DNA from: Malacoraja senta
Taxonomy: Eukaryota
Assembly (NCBI GenBank): GCA_038087875.1
Contig: CM075989.1
Coordinates: 3,906,001-3,970,000, forward strand
Direction of reading: 5' to 3'
DNA: 64,000 nt
Made by a program: the position numbers and the translations under genes. The number at the start of each line of letters is the position of its first letter. Within the stretch, counting starts at the first letter, position 1. Below the pieces are notes generated by a model. The model was given only the letters and a program-made list of their open reading frames with translations. It searched no databases and was not told the origin of the DNA. Below, in pieces: positions 47,790 through 60,920 of this stretch.

Positions 47790-50700
47790 TCATTCACCGT
47801 CTCTCAGGTTATGGCATGCTGTTACGTATTGTGCACCAAGATGTGCCGTATTTCCTTCACCAAGGATTAGTCTTAGTTTTGATGTATCGTCTAGTTCCTT
47901 AAAGTCAGGGGTTGCCTGACTGAGTTTGTCAAAGTATGTTTTCCTTGTTTTGTCAAATCTTTTGCATTTTAGGAGGAAGTGCACCTCTGTTTCAACCTCA
48001 TCTGTCAAACAGTGGCCACATATTCTGTTTTCTCTTGGTTGCCAGAATCTCTTCTGTCTTCCTTTTTCAACTGCCAAATAGTGATCACTTAGCCTGTATT
48101 TGGTGAGGGTCTGCCTTTGTTTTATGTCTCTAACAGTTGAGAGATAGTTTGCCAATTTATAATCTCTTTTTAGGGCACGGTAGCATTCTAATCTGCTTTG
48201 GCTTTTGGTTTCTTTATCCCAATGTTCCAAATATGTTTCTTTACATTGTTTGATAATTTGGTTCACTCTAACTGGTGATTGGGGGTCAGTATTGATCTGT
48301 GGCTGGTCAGGATTTAACTGGATAGGGTTTAACTGAATGGGGGTAGTTAGTCTCCATACCAACTGACACAGGGAACTCTTTTCTGGGCTCCCTCTTGTGT
48401 TTTATGGGCTTTAAACTGGAGGGTATCTGGTGGGCTAGATTTAAGGTGATTCCAAAAATTTAGTGCTCTTTTCTGGATATTTATTATCAGTGGGTATCTG
48501 CCTAATTCTGCCCTACATGCGTTTGTTGGTGTTTTCCTTTGGATGCGGAGGATGTTCCGACAAAGTTCCGCATGCAGGGCCTCCGTTGTATGTTTTTCCC
48601 ATTTACTATAACTATGGTGACTGAGCGGCCCCCATACTTCACTACCATAAAGCGCAATAGGCTGGATTACACTATCAAATATTTTAAGCCAGATTTTAAT
48701 GGGAATTTGGATGTTGTAGAATCTTCTTTTTATTGCATACAGAGCTCTTCGAGCTTTCTCTTTTAGTGCATTCACTGCCATATTGAAGCTCCCTGATGCT
48801 GCAACAGTTAGACCAAGGTAAGTATAGCTCATAGTGTGTTCGATAATAATACCATTGAGAGTAAATTTGTATTTATCTTCCTGACATCTGGGTTTTTTCT
48901 GGAAAATCATGATATTGGTTTTCTTTAGATTTACTGCCAGGGCCAACTGTTGCTGCAGTCCCTGTTCTGTGGGGGACAGCAGAACCAAGTCATCCGCATA
49001 AAACAGAGATTTTACCTCTCCGTCCAGGAGACAGAGGCCCGGCGCAGTGCTCTGGTCCAGCTTTATTGCCAAATCGTTTATATATAAATTAAACAGTGTC
49101 GGGCTCAGATTGCAGCCTTGCCGGACGCCTCTTCTCTGTGTGAAGAGATCAGTGCGTTTGTCCCCAATTTTAACGCCACATTTATTATTCAGATACATTG
49201 ATTTGATAAGGTCATATACCTTTCCTCCTATACCACAACAGAGGAGTTTGTAGTAGAGCCCTTCATGCCAAATAGAGTCAAATGCTTTCTCAAAGTCAAT
49301 AAAACAGGCAAATATTTTTCCATTTTTTGCTTGGTGTACATGTTTTTCAATGAGAGTGTGGAGGGTGTAAATGTGGTCAGTGGTACGATGTTTTGGGAGG
49401 AAGCCAATTTGGTTTTTACTGAGAATGTTGTGTTTGTTAAGGAAATCCTGCATTCTGTTATTTATGATACTGCAGAATAACTTCCCTAGGCAGCTACTGA
49501 CACAGATGCCGCGGTAGTTATTTGGGTCTAGTTTGTTTCCACTCTTATAAATGGGTGAAATAAGCCCTTGGCACCAAATATCAGGGAAATAACCTGAACG
49601 TAGTATGATGTTGAACAGCCTAAGTACTATGTCCTGCATCTCCGGAGTGCTGTATTTGAGCATTTCATTTTTAATGCTATCTGGACCACAGGCTTTCTTT
49701 GAGTGAAGAGATATTATTTTTAAGGTCAGTTCTTCCAAAGTAATTGGGAAATCAAGGGGGTTTTGATAATCTTTGATTACTATTTCTAGTGTTTGGAGTT
49801 TTTCTTTGATATGAGAGTGATTTGAGTTTATTTTATTTATTGGGATGTCTTTATATAGATTTTTGAAGTGTGCTCTCCAGATATCACCGTCTTGAATTGG
49901 TAATGTTTGTAGTTTTGTTGTGCTCAGGTTATTCCACATATCCCAAAATTGGTTTTGATTTATGGAGTTTTCAATTTCTTCAAGTCTTTTGTGAGTGTGA
50001 TTTTGTCTTTTGTTCCTAATCGTGTGTTTATACCTTTTAAGAGTTTCATTATATCTAATGCGTAAGTCTGGATTGTTTGGTTGACGGTGTTTTTGGTTCG
50101 ATAGTTTCCTCAGGTCTTTTCTGACATTTTTACACTCGTGGTCGAACCATTTTTCATGGTTGTTTTTTTTGATAATTTTTCTCTTCTGTTTCACAAGGTC
50201 AGATTTAATAGCTGCCTTGTGAAAGATCATATTAATGTCCTTTATAGCCATGTTTACACCATCTCTAGTAGTCTCATATGGGTTAGTCTTGTATTTCAAT
50301 ATTTTATTTGTGAGATCAAGTGAATTCAGGGCCACGATGAATTTATCTCCGCTATCTGAAGCCCATCTGTAAGTCTGATTTAGTTTATACAGCTTACTTG
50401 GTTCCTTTTTTTCATCTTTAGTTTGAAGAGGGAATTTTAGGTACACATTGATTTGACTATGGTCTGAAAGAGGGGACTGCTGCCTAACAGTGAATGCACT
50501 AATAGTGCAGGGGTCTATGTCAGTAATTGCGTAGTCTACCACGCTAGACCCAAGAGCTGAGGAATATGTAAACCTTCCCATCGAGTCCCCTCTGAGCCTA
50601 CCATTAACTATGTACAGGCCCAAGGCTCGGCAGAGATGCACTACCTCTCTACCACTTTTATTTATTTCACAGTCCAGGTTGTTCCGGTTAATGATAGTTG

Positions 50701-51259
50701 GTGTGACATACAAGGGGGTTTGACCGAACACATGGTTGTTGCCCTGTGGGTCTATGGAATCGGGTTCACATCCGGTCCTTGCATTCAGGTCTCCACATAG
50801 TAGCACATTTCCCTGGGCCTGGAAATGATTGATTTCCATGTGGAGAGTTTCAAATATATCCTCTTCAAAATATGGCGATTCTATTGGGGGTATGTAGGCA
50901 GCACATAGATATATATCTTTTCCAGTTATTCCAATTGTTTTATCTAGTTTCAACCATATATGTGATTTCCCCTGTTTTATTGATGTAATGTGACTGTCTA
51001 GTTCTTCTTTGTACCATACCAAGACCCCCCCAGAGGTTCTGCCCTTACGTATATCAGTAGTTTTTACTGAGGGCACCATGACTTCATGGTACCCTGAGGG
51101 GCAGTGAATGAACGTATCCTTTCGGTACCATGTTTCCGTTAATATCATTATATCAGTGTCTTCTATAGACTTTAGGAACTCGGGGTTCCCAGTCTTCATC
51201 CCGAAGGTTGAAGAGTAGAGACCCTGGATATTCCAACATCCTATATGAAATGAACTCAT
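47790..51259 (-). CDS. LINE ORF2 (AP endonuclease, RT, C-terminal CCHC-like region), one frameshift near 48360
   Basis: 970-aa ORF with WNIQG, LTETW, GDLNAR, SVVDY, SDH, NYRGI, IDFEKAFDS, GVRQGCNLSP and YADD; continues in 47790-48362 (RICGHC...ETEVHFLLKC). Probably non-functional. Confidence 0.88.
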
Positions 51260-51589
51260 TTATTTTCTATTTATATTCTTTTCTTTAGTTTAAATAAAAC
51301 CTATTTTGCGGGACAGGTGCAAAAACACTATTTTTTTTTTCTTTTCTATAATTGGGGAACGTTAGATAAAGTTTTGTATGCTATGGTAAGGCAGACTCGT
51401 ACTGCCACCTAGTAATAATAACTATATTAATAATAGCAATATCAACAGTATTAATAGCAATATCAACAATATCAACAGTACTAATTCAGTGCAAACATAT
51501 CAACAATATCAACAGTACTAATTCAGTGCAATCATATGCTGTTTTTATCAGTCACTCGGAAGGGACTGTTTATATATTTGTGTCCTTTG

Positions 51590-53397
51590 TTACCATAGGA
51601 GGTGGTAACAAAGGGTGTGCAGCAGCTGCCTGATCTCTCCCATCTCCGAGTTGGTCCGCGGCTGTGGCTGGAATGAGCCGGGGGCAGTGGCGGCCCTGGC
51701 TGGGCTGTTATGTCGCCTCGCAGTTTGGCGGGTTGTCCTGACATGGTGGGGGGAAGGGAGTCCAGATTGGCCTCTTGGGTTCCCGTTGATCGTGGGGGAG
51801 GGAAGGTTACGTCCCAGGGCAGTATATTTGAGGTTCTTTGCGAAGACCCTCACCCCCTGTCTGTTTAGATGTATTCCATCATGGAGGTCCCATGTACCGA
51901 TGGTCGGGTGGTGGGCCAATTGGACATTAGGGAGGGCGGCACATCCTCTGCTGATGTCTATGTTGGCATTGTGGATCACATAGGGTGAGGTATCCGTCCT
52001 GGGCAGCAGGGTAGAGATCACGATCCTCGAATCAGGGAATTCCTTGCTGGCCTTTTCTGCCATCCTTGTTATTGCCCCAGCAGTACGATGACGTAACGTG
52101 CGCAAATCATTCGTGCCTGTATGGATCACAATGTGTTGAGGGCTCCCGATGGTGTCTTTGCTCAGGACCTTCATTGCATGGTCTGTGGTGCTGCACGTTT
52201 TAACCAATACCTGGAGACCTGGGAACAGCCTCTGGGGGTCCAGAAACCTCCTGTTGGAATCAGTGAGTAGGACCACCTGGGGGGCAGGAGGTTGGGTGAA
52301 GCTAGGGCGAGGGTTGCCTGTTGACTGTGTACCTGGGGCAAGCTGTGTACCAGAAGGGGTGTCCACTAATGGTATATTGGTGGGCTGAGTGCAGCTCAGA
52401 GGGGTCGGAGCAGCCATAGGGAAGTGAGCAGCAGCTGGAATCTGTGTGATTTCATTTGTCCTTTTTGGGATTTCTTGGTGATTGTCCCTGACATTCTGGA
52501 GCTGCTTGACAGGTTCTTTTCCCTGTTTACTCATTTCCTCCTTTATTTCGGCTAATTGGGCCCGGAGTGTACAGTTTTCTTGTTTCAACTCTTCCAGGGC
52601 TCTCTTCATCTCAGAGGTGGTAGTCTCATTTTTGGTCCTCATCTGATTGAAGTCCTCCTTCAGCTGGTAGAGTTGCTTACCCTGCGCTTGTTTAAGTTCC
52701 GTGAACTCGAGTTCTAGCTGAGCCAGATTCTCTCTCAGCTGGCGGCTTGAATTATGAGGTGTAGGGGGGGGTAGAGATGGCCATGGCAGCAATTGTCTCT
52801 AGTGGACTGTCATCTTCATAGTTATCCAGGTGGGTATTGTTGCATTTTTCATTTACTTTCTCTTTTAGCAGGGGAAAGATCCCTTCAAAAGAGTCCAGGT
52901 TTTCTGAGTTTCCTTGTATCATGATCTTGCCTTTATTATAATATGAGATAGTAAGGCTAGGATCATCTTTATCCAGGCTTTGATCTTTGCATATTTTTAG
53001 TCTGCCCCCATATCCAATACCCTCATTATTGACATATGGGTAGTTTTCAAGCAGAGTGTCTTTCCATGGAGAGATGTATTTAGTGAAGAATATGAGGTTA
53101 CACTTCTTCCTACACCCTTGATGTTGGGCGTAATCAGCGTAAAGGACCTCTGGGTTTTCCTGGATGGTTTTGTCCTTATGTTTATCAAGAATCAAGTTCA
53201 AGTCAAGTTTCCTTTATTGTCCCCGCTGCACCAGCTCCAGGCCCCGCAGTCTCCGCTCCGGACCCCGCCGCACCAGCTCCAGGTCCCGCAAGTTTATCTT
53301 TTGCATTTCTGCTTTTGCATTTTTCTGGGTATGCTATTTCCCAGCTCTTTGTTCTGCTTGCTATGCTGCTTCGATCTATCTGATCTGCCTGCAGCAT
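51590..53397 (-). pseudogene. LINE ORF1 with coiled coil and SGNH/GDSL esterase domain, in three frameshifted pieces
   Basis: VVLLTDSN (block I), HTGTND (block III) and DGIHLN (block V) in 51590-52792; abutting ORFs 52752-53201 and 53203-53397. Confidence 0.8.
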
Positions 53398-54063
53398 TTT
53401 ATCTGATTGTTTATTTATTTATTTATTTATCCATTTATTTATTTATTCCCCTTTCCAAGTTTTCGTGTTTTCACACCCTGTCCCACTTTAGGTATAGTTT
53501 TCAGGGGTTCATTCTAGCTATAGCTATTTTGGATAAGTTTAAGTTTGTTGGATAAGTGCAGTTTAAATAGGTTTTGGCCACACAGACCTTCTTGGGTCGA
53601 CCAGCCTCGGGCCAGATTTCACGGGCTGTTTACTCACGGGCCTCGTGGAGCTGCAGCTAACTCAGGGTCTCTGTCGCACAGCGCACACCCGGCTCTTTCT
53701 CTCTCTCTCACAGCGAGGGCTGGGCAGGGCTGGGCTGGGCTGGCTTCACATCTGTTCTTCACAGGGAACGGGGACCCGCCCGCAGTGTCGGGAGTTCGCC
53801 GACTCCGGGTATCGGTGCCTCTGGTCCCGGCCTCCAGCGTCTCTCTCTCTCTCTCCCGCGGGTCCCGACACGATCTCCCGTTTAGGTGAAGGACGGCGAT
53901 GGAGACCGCTAGAAACGTAAGTTAGGGGGGATATTTCTCCCTCCCCACACGGCCCCCGAGTCCCAAATCCTCGCCCTCTGGGGACGACGGCAACGATCAA
54001 TAATCGATAATTGTCCCCGGGACTCACGCAAGCATCACCGTGGGCGCCGCCTCTCTCTCTCTC

Positions 54064-56170
54064 CTTATTCCTCTCATGTGCACACTCTCATCTCAATACC
54101 ACCACTTATTAAATTTATATCTAATTTAACTGTATTATGTTGCCAACTGGCCAAAATGGTTTTATCTCATTCCTCCTCACAGCACTTTCACCATAATTCA
54201 ATCAATTTCTTATATACTTATCACAGTTACTATATTTATCACTTATTACTACTATATTCACAACCACTTATTCCATACACAGTATGGATCCAGTTCAACC
54301 GTCAGTTACCAGTTACCAGTTACCATTCCCAATGACCGAGTCTCCCCATTCCCAATGGATGAGTCTGTTTAAAAGTCTATCTTACCACTCAAGAAGGTTT
54401 GTTAGATTGACTTGATTCTGTCGAGATCCCACACAACGCAATAACGAAAGGTCTACTACCAACAGAAAAATGGAAGAGAGGAAAACAGAGTGGTGATTAC
54501 TCATTCTGCTTTGGCCAATTCCTCTGGTCCTATCTGTAGGTAGTTTGACTCTTAACTTCATTATCTGGTTGGCTGAGAATCGAAGAATCCCACTTCTGAC
54601 ACCAAATGTTAAACTGAGTTATTTTGTCAATCCAAAGTCAACTTGAGTCAAATGCTTGTAGCTGTTGAAATCGATTCTTTATTCAGCTGAGACTAGTCTC
54701 TGAACCTTCCAACTCAGAGCTGATGCTCTGGGGCAGGTCCAGAGAAGAGTAACTTTGATAGAACTCATAGCATTTATATAGGTATTAGACATTTCAGATA
54801 CAGAGGGTATGACAAGCTAGTAACCAATCATCTGGCTCTAGATGCCAGCTGATCTACATCGGTGAGACCAAGCGGAGGCTCGGCGATCGTTTCGCCGAAC
54901 ACCTCCGGTCGGTCCGCAATAACCAACCTGACCTCCCGGTGGCTCAGCACTTCAACTCCCCCTCCCATTCCGTATCTGACCTCTCTGTCCTGGGTCTCCT
55001 CCATGGCCACAGCGAGCAACACCAGAAATTGGAGGAAATGCACCTCATATTCCGCTTGGGCAGTCTACATCCTGGGGGCTTGAACATTGAATTCTCCCAA
55101 TTCTGCTAGCCCTTGCTGTCCCCTCCCCTTCATCAGCCCTCTGGTTGTCTCCTCCCCTCCCCCAGCCCTCAGGCTCCTCCTCCTCCCTTTTTCCTTTCTT
55201 CTCCCCACCCCCTATCAGTCTGAAGAAGGGTTTCGGCCCGAAACATTGCCTGTTTCCTTCGCTCCATAGATGCTGCTGCACCCGCTGAGTTTCTCCAGCA
55301 TTTTTGTGTACCTTCGATTTTCCAGCATCTGCAGTTCCTTCTTTAACACAGTATTAATATTGTTATGCTTTATTCTTACAACAATATAATAATAACATTA
55401 ACGTTTTACTCTTTCTTATTTAGCAACCGTGACATCACTGGATCTGAATCCAAATGTTTTTAACGACTTCCCACCATTCCAAATGATCAAGATTAATTTA
55501 GCATTGTCAGTGTTTAGCTGACCCTGTTTCCAAATATTTAACTACCTCCTGCCATTCCAAATGATCAGGATGAATTTAGCATTGCCGGTGTTTAATTGAC
55601 AGGGTCCAGTTCAACCGTCAGTTACCAGTTACCAGTTACCATTCCCAATGACCGAGTCTCCCCATTCCCAATGAATGAGTCTGTTTAAAAGTCTATCTTA
55701 CCACTCAAGAAGGTTTGTTAGATTGACTTGATTCTGTCGAGATCCCACACAACGCAATAACGAAAGGTCTACTACCAACAGAAAAACGGAAGAGAGGTGA
55801 TTACTCATTCTGAGTGGTGATTACTCATTCTGCTTTGGCCAATTCCTCTGGTCCTATCCGTAGGTAGTTTGACTCTTAACTTCGTTATCTGGTTGGCTGA
55901 GAATCGAAGAATCCCACTTCTGTCAACTTGAGTCAAATGTAGCTGTTGAAATCGATTCTTTATTCAGCTGAGACTAGTCTCTGAACCTTCCAACTCAGAG
56001 CTGATGCTCTGGGGCAGGTCCAGAGAAGAGTAACTTTGATAGAACTCATGGCATTTATATAGGTAATAGACATTTCAGATACAGAGGGTATGACAAGCTA
56101 GTAACCAATCATCTGAGTCCTTCTAGTGATTTGCAACATCAGTCACACGACCCCCCCCCCCCTTCCCTGG
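54064..56170 (-). mobile_element. ERV leader, tRNA-Leu PBS and two LTR copies (tandem arrangement)
   Basis: PBS TGGTGTCAGAAGTGGGAT at 54587-54604. LTR 3' end ...AACA at 54607, with AATAAA, TATA and CCAAT. Block 54288-54835 is repeated at about 55604-56115. Second LTR starts TGTG at 56147, after a purine tract at about 56151-56168. Confidence 0.75.
54836..55348 (+). mobile_element. Penelope-like element 3' fragment (GIY-YIG, terminal repeat, hammerhead-like motif)
   Basis: YIGETKRRLGDRFAEHLRSV..NQPDLPVAQHFN; motif at about 55217-55250. Confidence 0.88.
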
Positions 56171-57164
56171 CCTCATTTTACAACCTTCATTTGCCTGTGG
56201 TATAACTTTGTTTAGAATTATTTTATTTCAACACAGTAAAACCCCAGTAGGCTCAATTATCAAAGACCACTCCTCAAAATATAAGATACACACATATAAT
56301 ACAATGATCACACGTCATACACACGTTCCATACCAAGAAGAAAGATATTTCTATAAATCTAAACAAAGTCTAATGTTTACAACCCTACTTAGACACAATA
56401 CATTTTCATAAATGGTTTCACTACAATTTTACACAGTTTAAAATACTATTACCTATGTATTAAAACATTAATTATACGAGTTTGCCGAATTACAGTTTCT
56501 AAGTTCAAAAGCCACACACACCTCCCAACCAAGCATACATGGGTTGTAAATCAGTCAACTTAATTAATAAGTGTTTGGTGCCAGGATACAACTCATTACA
56601 TCAGAATTACATCTGCTTCTTCGACTTTCTATAAACAAATCCATCAATCTGATTCTTTTCCTCTCCAAGCAACTACTCCCCTTCACACACATCCTATTCC
56701 TTATCTCATTATAATTTAACATAGCCAAAGCTTAACTACAGAGTCTATATTATTTCAGCCTTGAATTCTGTCTCGAACTCAGCATAAACTTCACAGCTCA
56801 AGAATGTGCCATAGAGAAAGAGCAGATGACCTCTGGCCTAAGAAGAGGCCCTATTCAGCTATCCATTCTTCCACACAAAATCATATCAAATACAATTTCC
56901 TCCAGCGATATAATTGCCTCAATGCAATAAACTAAGCTATGCAGGTTCAGATTAGCGTTTCTATGTTTTGATTCATCCGTTCCCTGTGTGTGTGTTTCCT
57001 TGTACTTTATTTCTTTAGGAGACATATGTTTCTCAAAACCTTAAGCTTTTCTTTTGCAAATTACCTAGCTTATATAAAAGTCACTATCCGAGCGGTTCTA
57101 TTATATAATATTTCCTCACATGCTTTGTGGAAAGGAGACTCCGTGGATCAAAGGCATCAAAAAC

Positions 57165-57170
57165 TTTATT
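57165..57170 (-). terminator. candidate polyadenylation signal (AATAAA) of the second UGT
   Basis: AATAAA on the minus strand about 44 nt after the stop codon. Confidence 0.45.
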
Positions 57171-57213
57171 TGATTAAATTGTAAGAACAAAATATATCAA
57201 GGGAAAAAAAATC

Positions 57214-58812
57214 TCACTCAGTCTTTTGCTTGTCCCTATAAACAATACGACAAACTTTCTTCAGTGTTCCAACCACCAGCACAGTGAGCAGGAGTAACAC
57301 AGACAACAGAAAGATCATCACATCTACACAATAGTAAGCATACCAGGGGAGTCGGTGGGATACTGAGCGCAAATGCCCCGCTCCTTTGTGTCGGGCAACG
57401 AACTCAACCCAGAAAACGGCTCTCTCCATTGGCGACTCTGGCTGGTCCCGATGGAGAGCGGAGAGTCTCTTCATGTTGTCCCCATAAGATGTGCCGTTTA
57501 TCACCTCGTTGAGTGCCTGCAACAGATCTGTGGAGTGCATGGTTGCAACGTTGATCACTTTTGCTGCTCCTCGGGATTCGAGTCTGACTACATTGTCAAA
57601 CTGGTCAAAGATCAGAGGCATGCCAATCACGGGCACACCATGGTAGATGGCTTCATAAATCCCATTGGTGCCTCCATGTGAAACAAAGGCTCGTGTGTTG
57701 GGGTGACCCAGCAGGTCGTTCTGAGGGATCCATTTTGCCAGCAGTGTATTATTCCCTATATTGGGAGGGGTCTCACCATCATATCTCCAGATAACCTTCT
57801 GGGGGATTTGAGCAAATGCTTCTGCTATTTTCATTGTAATCTCCATTGGCAAGGAATTGACCATAGTTCCCATTGACATTACAACAAGTCCATGTTTCCC
57901 TGAACTTTGGACAAACTTCTCAAACTCTGCTGCCAGGGGCCGTGCTGGTTTACACTGGAAGCCTCCGATGTACACAATGTTTGGCATGGTGGGTCTTGGG
58001 AATTCAAACACAAAATCCACCCTCATCAGCCACACATCAGCTCTGAGGAGAATCGACTTGAAGTCTGTGTCTGGTCCCAGATACTGTTGGCAGATTTCAT
58101 TATAAAGTGGGTGTATCAAAAACTCTACAATCAGTAGCTCACTAAGAGTTTGTAGGACATTTTGTGTTCTTTGGAGAATATTCATTTTGTCTGTCAAATG
58201 TGAGCCGGTGCGTGGGATGTAGGAAGGTGGTGAGGGGGCAGTGAGTAGATGTCCTTCCCCACCAACCTGCCATCGAATGTTGTACACCAGCGGCAGTTTT
58301 AAATAATAAGCAAGCATTGAACCCATGCCAAATACCGGATCTGTAAGTATTAACTCAAAATTTGCATTTTCAAGTTGGTTCAACAAGCTATTGTTTTCGA
58401 ATAATGCTTTGATTATCTCTTTCACCCATTGATGATACTCAAATATAAACATCAACATTTCATATTGGAGATTAATTTTGCCCCAGACTGTCGAGTCTTC
58501 CTGTAAGTTTTCCAATGTTTTTTGTACAATATTTTCCATCACGTTGTAATTTTCAGATTCTCTTGGCATTTGAATCATAATGGATTGATACAAGTCTGGG
58601 CTCTCTTTGATATACAAGGACGTTGACTGACTGAGTACAGTGATGCTGTGGCCACGAAGGTTCAGCTCTTCTATCAAACATTTCATATTGATCCAGTGAC
58701 TCCCATCAACAGGCACGATCAGTATTCTAGCTGCTCGGGTTATTGGACAAGACAAGGTGATGGTGACGCAAAGAACAAATGCAAATCTGCCTTTCCATCC
58801 AGGATTACCCAT
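57214..58812 (-). CDS. ugt5: UDP-glucuronosyltransferase, UGT5-like, single coding exon (532 aa from the ATG at 58812)
   Basis: Same domain set as the paralog. The start was moved from the ORF-track 58893 to the ATG at 58812 because it aligns with the paralog start and the upstream part is intron with a branch point and acceptor. Confidence 0.95.
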   Translation of the reverse strand: MGNPGWKGRFAFVLCVTITLSCPITRAARILIVPVDGSHWINMKCLIEELNLRGHSITVLSQSTSLYIKESPDLYQSIMIQMPRESENYNVMENIVQKTLENLQEDSTVWGKINLQYEMLMFIFEYHQWVKEIIKALFENNSLLNQLENANFELILTDPVFGMGSMLAYYLKLPLVYNIRWQVGGEGHLLTAPSPPSYIPRTGSHLTDKMNILQRTQNVLQTLSELLIVEFLIHPLYNEICQQYLGPDTDFKSILLRADVWLMRVDFVFEFPRPTMPNIVYIGGFQCKPARPLAAEFEKFVQSSGKHGLVVMSMGTMVNSLPMEITMKIAEAFAQIPQKVIWRYDGETPPNIGNNTLLAKWIPQNDLLGHPNTRAFVSHGGTNGIYEAIYHGVPVIGMPLIFDQFDNVVRLESRGAAKVINVATMHSTDLLQALNEVINGTSYGDNMKRLSALHRDQPESPMERAVFWVEFVARHKGAGHLRSVSHRLPWYAYYCVDVMIFLLSVLLLLTVLVVGTLKKVCRIVYRDKQKTE

Positions 58813-58838
58813 GCTGGAAATAGAAAATAGCACCGATC

Positions 58839-58870
58839 CTGTTGCAGAATTGATCAGACACGTTAGTAAG
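58839..58870 (-). promoter_or_regulatory. branch point and 3' splice acceptor of a 5'-UTR intron of the second UGT
   Basis: Perfect TACTAAC (58862-58868) and CAG (58839-58841), 26 nt before the ATG. Confidence 0.78.
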
Positions 58871-59324
58871 CAACATACATTGGCAAAAAACAAAATTTAG
58901 AAACAGTTGGTCGTTTTCTTAACATTACATTAACCAAATCAAATGTGTGTCATAGAGTCATACAGTGTGGAAACAGGACCTTCGGACCAACTTACCCACA
59001 CCGACCAACTACACTAGTCCCACCCGGCTGCGTTTGGCCCATATCCCTCTAAACCTGTCCTATCCATGTACCTGTCTAATTATTTCTTCAATGTTGCGAT
59101 AGTACCCGCCTCAACGACATGCTCCGGCAGCTCCTGCCTTAGGTGCATTCGTATTCCAATTTGGACGTCATGCAAATATGAATTGGGGCGGCACGGTGGC
59201 ACAGCAGTAGAGTTCCTGCTTTACAGTGCACGAGACCCGGGCTCAATCCTTATCACGGGTGCTGTCTGTACAGATTTGATATGCTCTCCACGTGACCTGT
59301 GTAGATTTTCTCTGGGTGACAATA

Positions 59325-60920
59325 GACAATAGACAATAGACGATAGCCAATAGGTGCAGGAGTAGGCCATTTGACCCTTCGAGCCAGCACCGCCATTCAA
59401 TGTGATCATGGCTGATCATCCACAATCAGTACACCGTTCCTGCCTTCTCCCCATATCCCCTGAATCCGCTATCTTTAAGAGCCATATCAAGCTCTTTCTT
59501 GAAAGTATCCAGAGAACTGGCCTCCTCCGCCCTCAGGCAGAGAATTCCACAGACTCGCAACTCTCTGTGTGAAAAAATGTTTCCTCATCTCCGTTCTAAA
59601 TGCCTTACCACTTATTCTTAAACTGTGGCCCCTGGTTCTGGGCTTCCCCAACCGGAAACATGTTGCCTGCCTCTCGCGTGTCCAATCCCTTAATAATCTT
59701 ATATGTTTCAATAAGATAACCTCTCATCCTTCTAAATGCCAGAGTATAGAAGCCCAGCCGCTCCATTCTTTCAGCATATCGGGTGGATGCATATCGGGGC
59801 CTTGATCGGGTGGATGCACCGAGGATGTTCCCAATGATCGGGGAAACTAGAACTAGGGGACATAGTTGTAGAATAAGAGGGGGCTCTTTTAAAACTGAGA
59901 TGAGGAAGAACTTCTTCACCCAGAGGGTGGTTAATTTATGGAATTCACTGCCCCAGGGAGCAGTGGAAGCAGAAACATTAAATATATTTAAGTCTAAAAT
60001 AGATGTTTTTTTAGCTGCCAAGGGGATAAGGGGCTACGGGGAGAGGGCAGGGATATGGACCTAGGTATGGTTAGTATAGTAAGACCTGAGTGATCTCCTG
60101 GACAAGTGTCGATCGCCTGGATTGGGGTCGGAGAGGAATTTCCCGGATTTTTTTCCGAATTGGACCTGGGTTTTTATCCATTTTTTTGCCTCCCCCAGGA
60201 GATCACGCGGTTCTTGGGGTGGAGAGGGGTGATAGCGATATAAAGGGGAGGGTAGTGTCTTGTGTTCTGTGTCTTGTGTCTACTGTTTGTGGGTAAGGGT
60301 GTCTGTTTAGTGTTCAGCCATGAGCGAATGGCGGTGCGGGCTCGATGGGCCTGGTGGTCTACTCTCGCACCTACTTTCTATGTTTCTATATGACAGTCCG
60401 GCCATCCCGGGATTAACCTTGTGAACCTACGCTGCACTCCCTCAATAGCAAGAATGTCCTTCCTCAAATTAGGGAAACAAAACTGCACACAATACTCCAG
60501 GTGTGGTCTCATTAGGGCCCTATACAACTGCAGAGGGACCTCTTTGCTCCTATACTCAACTCCTCTTGTTATGAAGCCCAACATGCCATTCGCTTTCTTC
60601 ACTGCCTGCTGTACCTGCATGCTTACTTTCATAGACTGATGAACAAGGACCCCCAGATCCCGTTGTACTTCCCCTTTTGCCAACTTGACACCATTTAGAT
60701 AATAATCTGCCTTCCTGTTGTTGCTACCAAAGTGGATAACCTCACATTTATCCGCATTAAACCGCATCTGCCGTGCATCTGCCACTCACCCAACCTGTCC
60801 AAGTCACCCTGCATTCTCATAGCATCCTCCTCACAGTTCACACTGCGACCCAGCTTTGTGTCATCTGCAAATTCGCTAATGTTATTTTGAATCCCTTCAT
60901 CTAAATCATTGATGTATATC
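59325..60920. mobile_element. minus-strand CR1/HER1-like LINE with a plus-strand CR1 3' end nested at about 59780-60388
   Basis: Minus ORFs 60378-60785 and 59487-59780 are colinear CR1 RT pieces; the plus ORF 59783-60064 (TRGH, FFTQRVVNLWNSLP) and its own tail interrupt them. Confidence 0.85.

Noticed and set aside
56170..57150. Possible env or other coding remnant between the LTR and the UGT
   Set aside because: No long frame or recognisable motif.
58813..58893. 27-aa N-terminal extension of the second UGT in the ORF track
   Set aside because: It begins at a non-ATG codon and spans the branch point and acceptor; the paralog starts at the downstream ATG.
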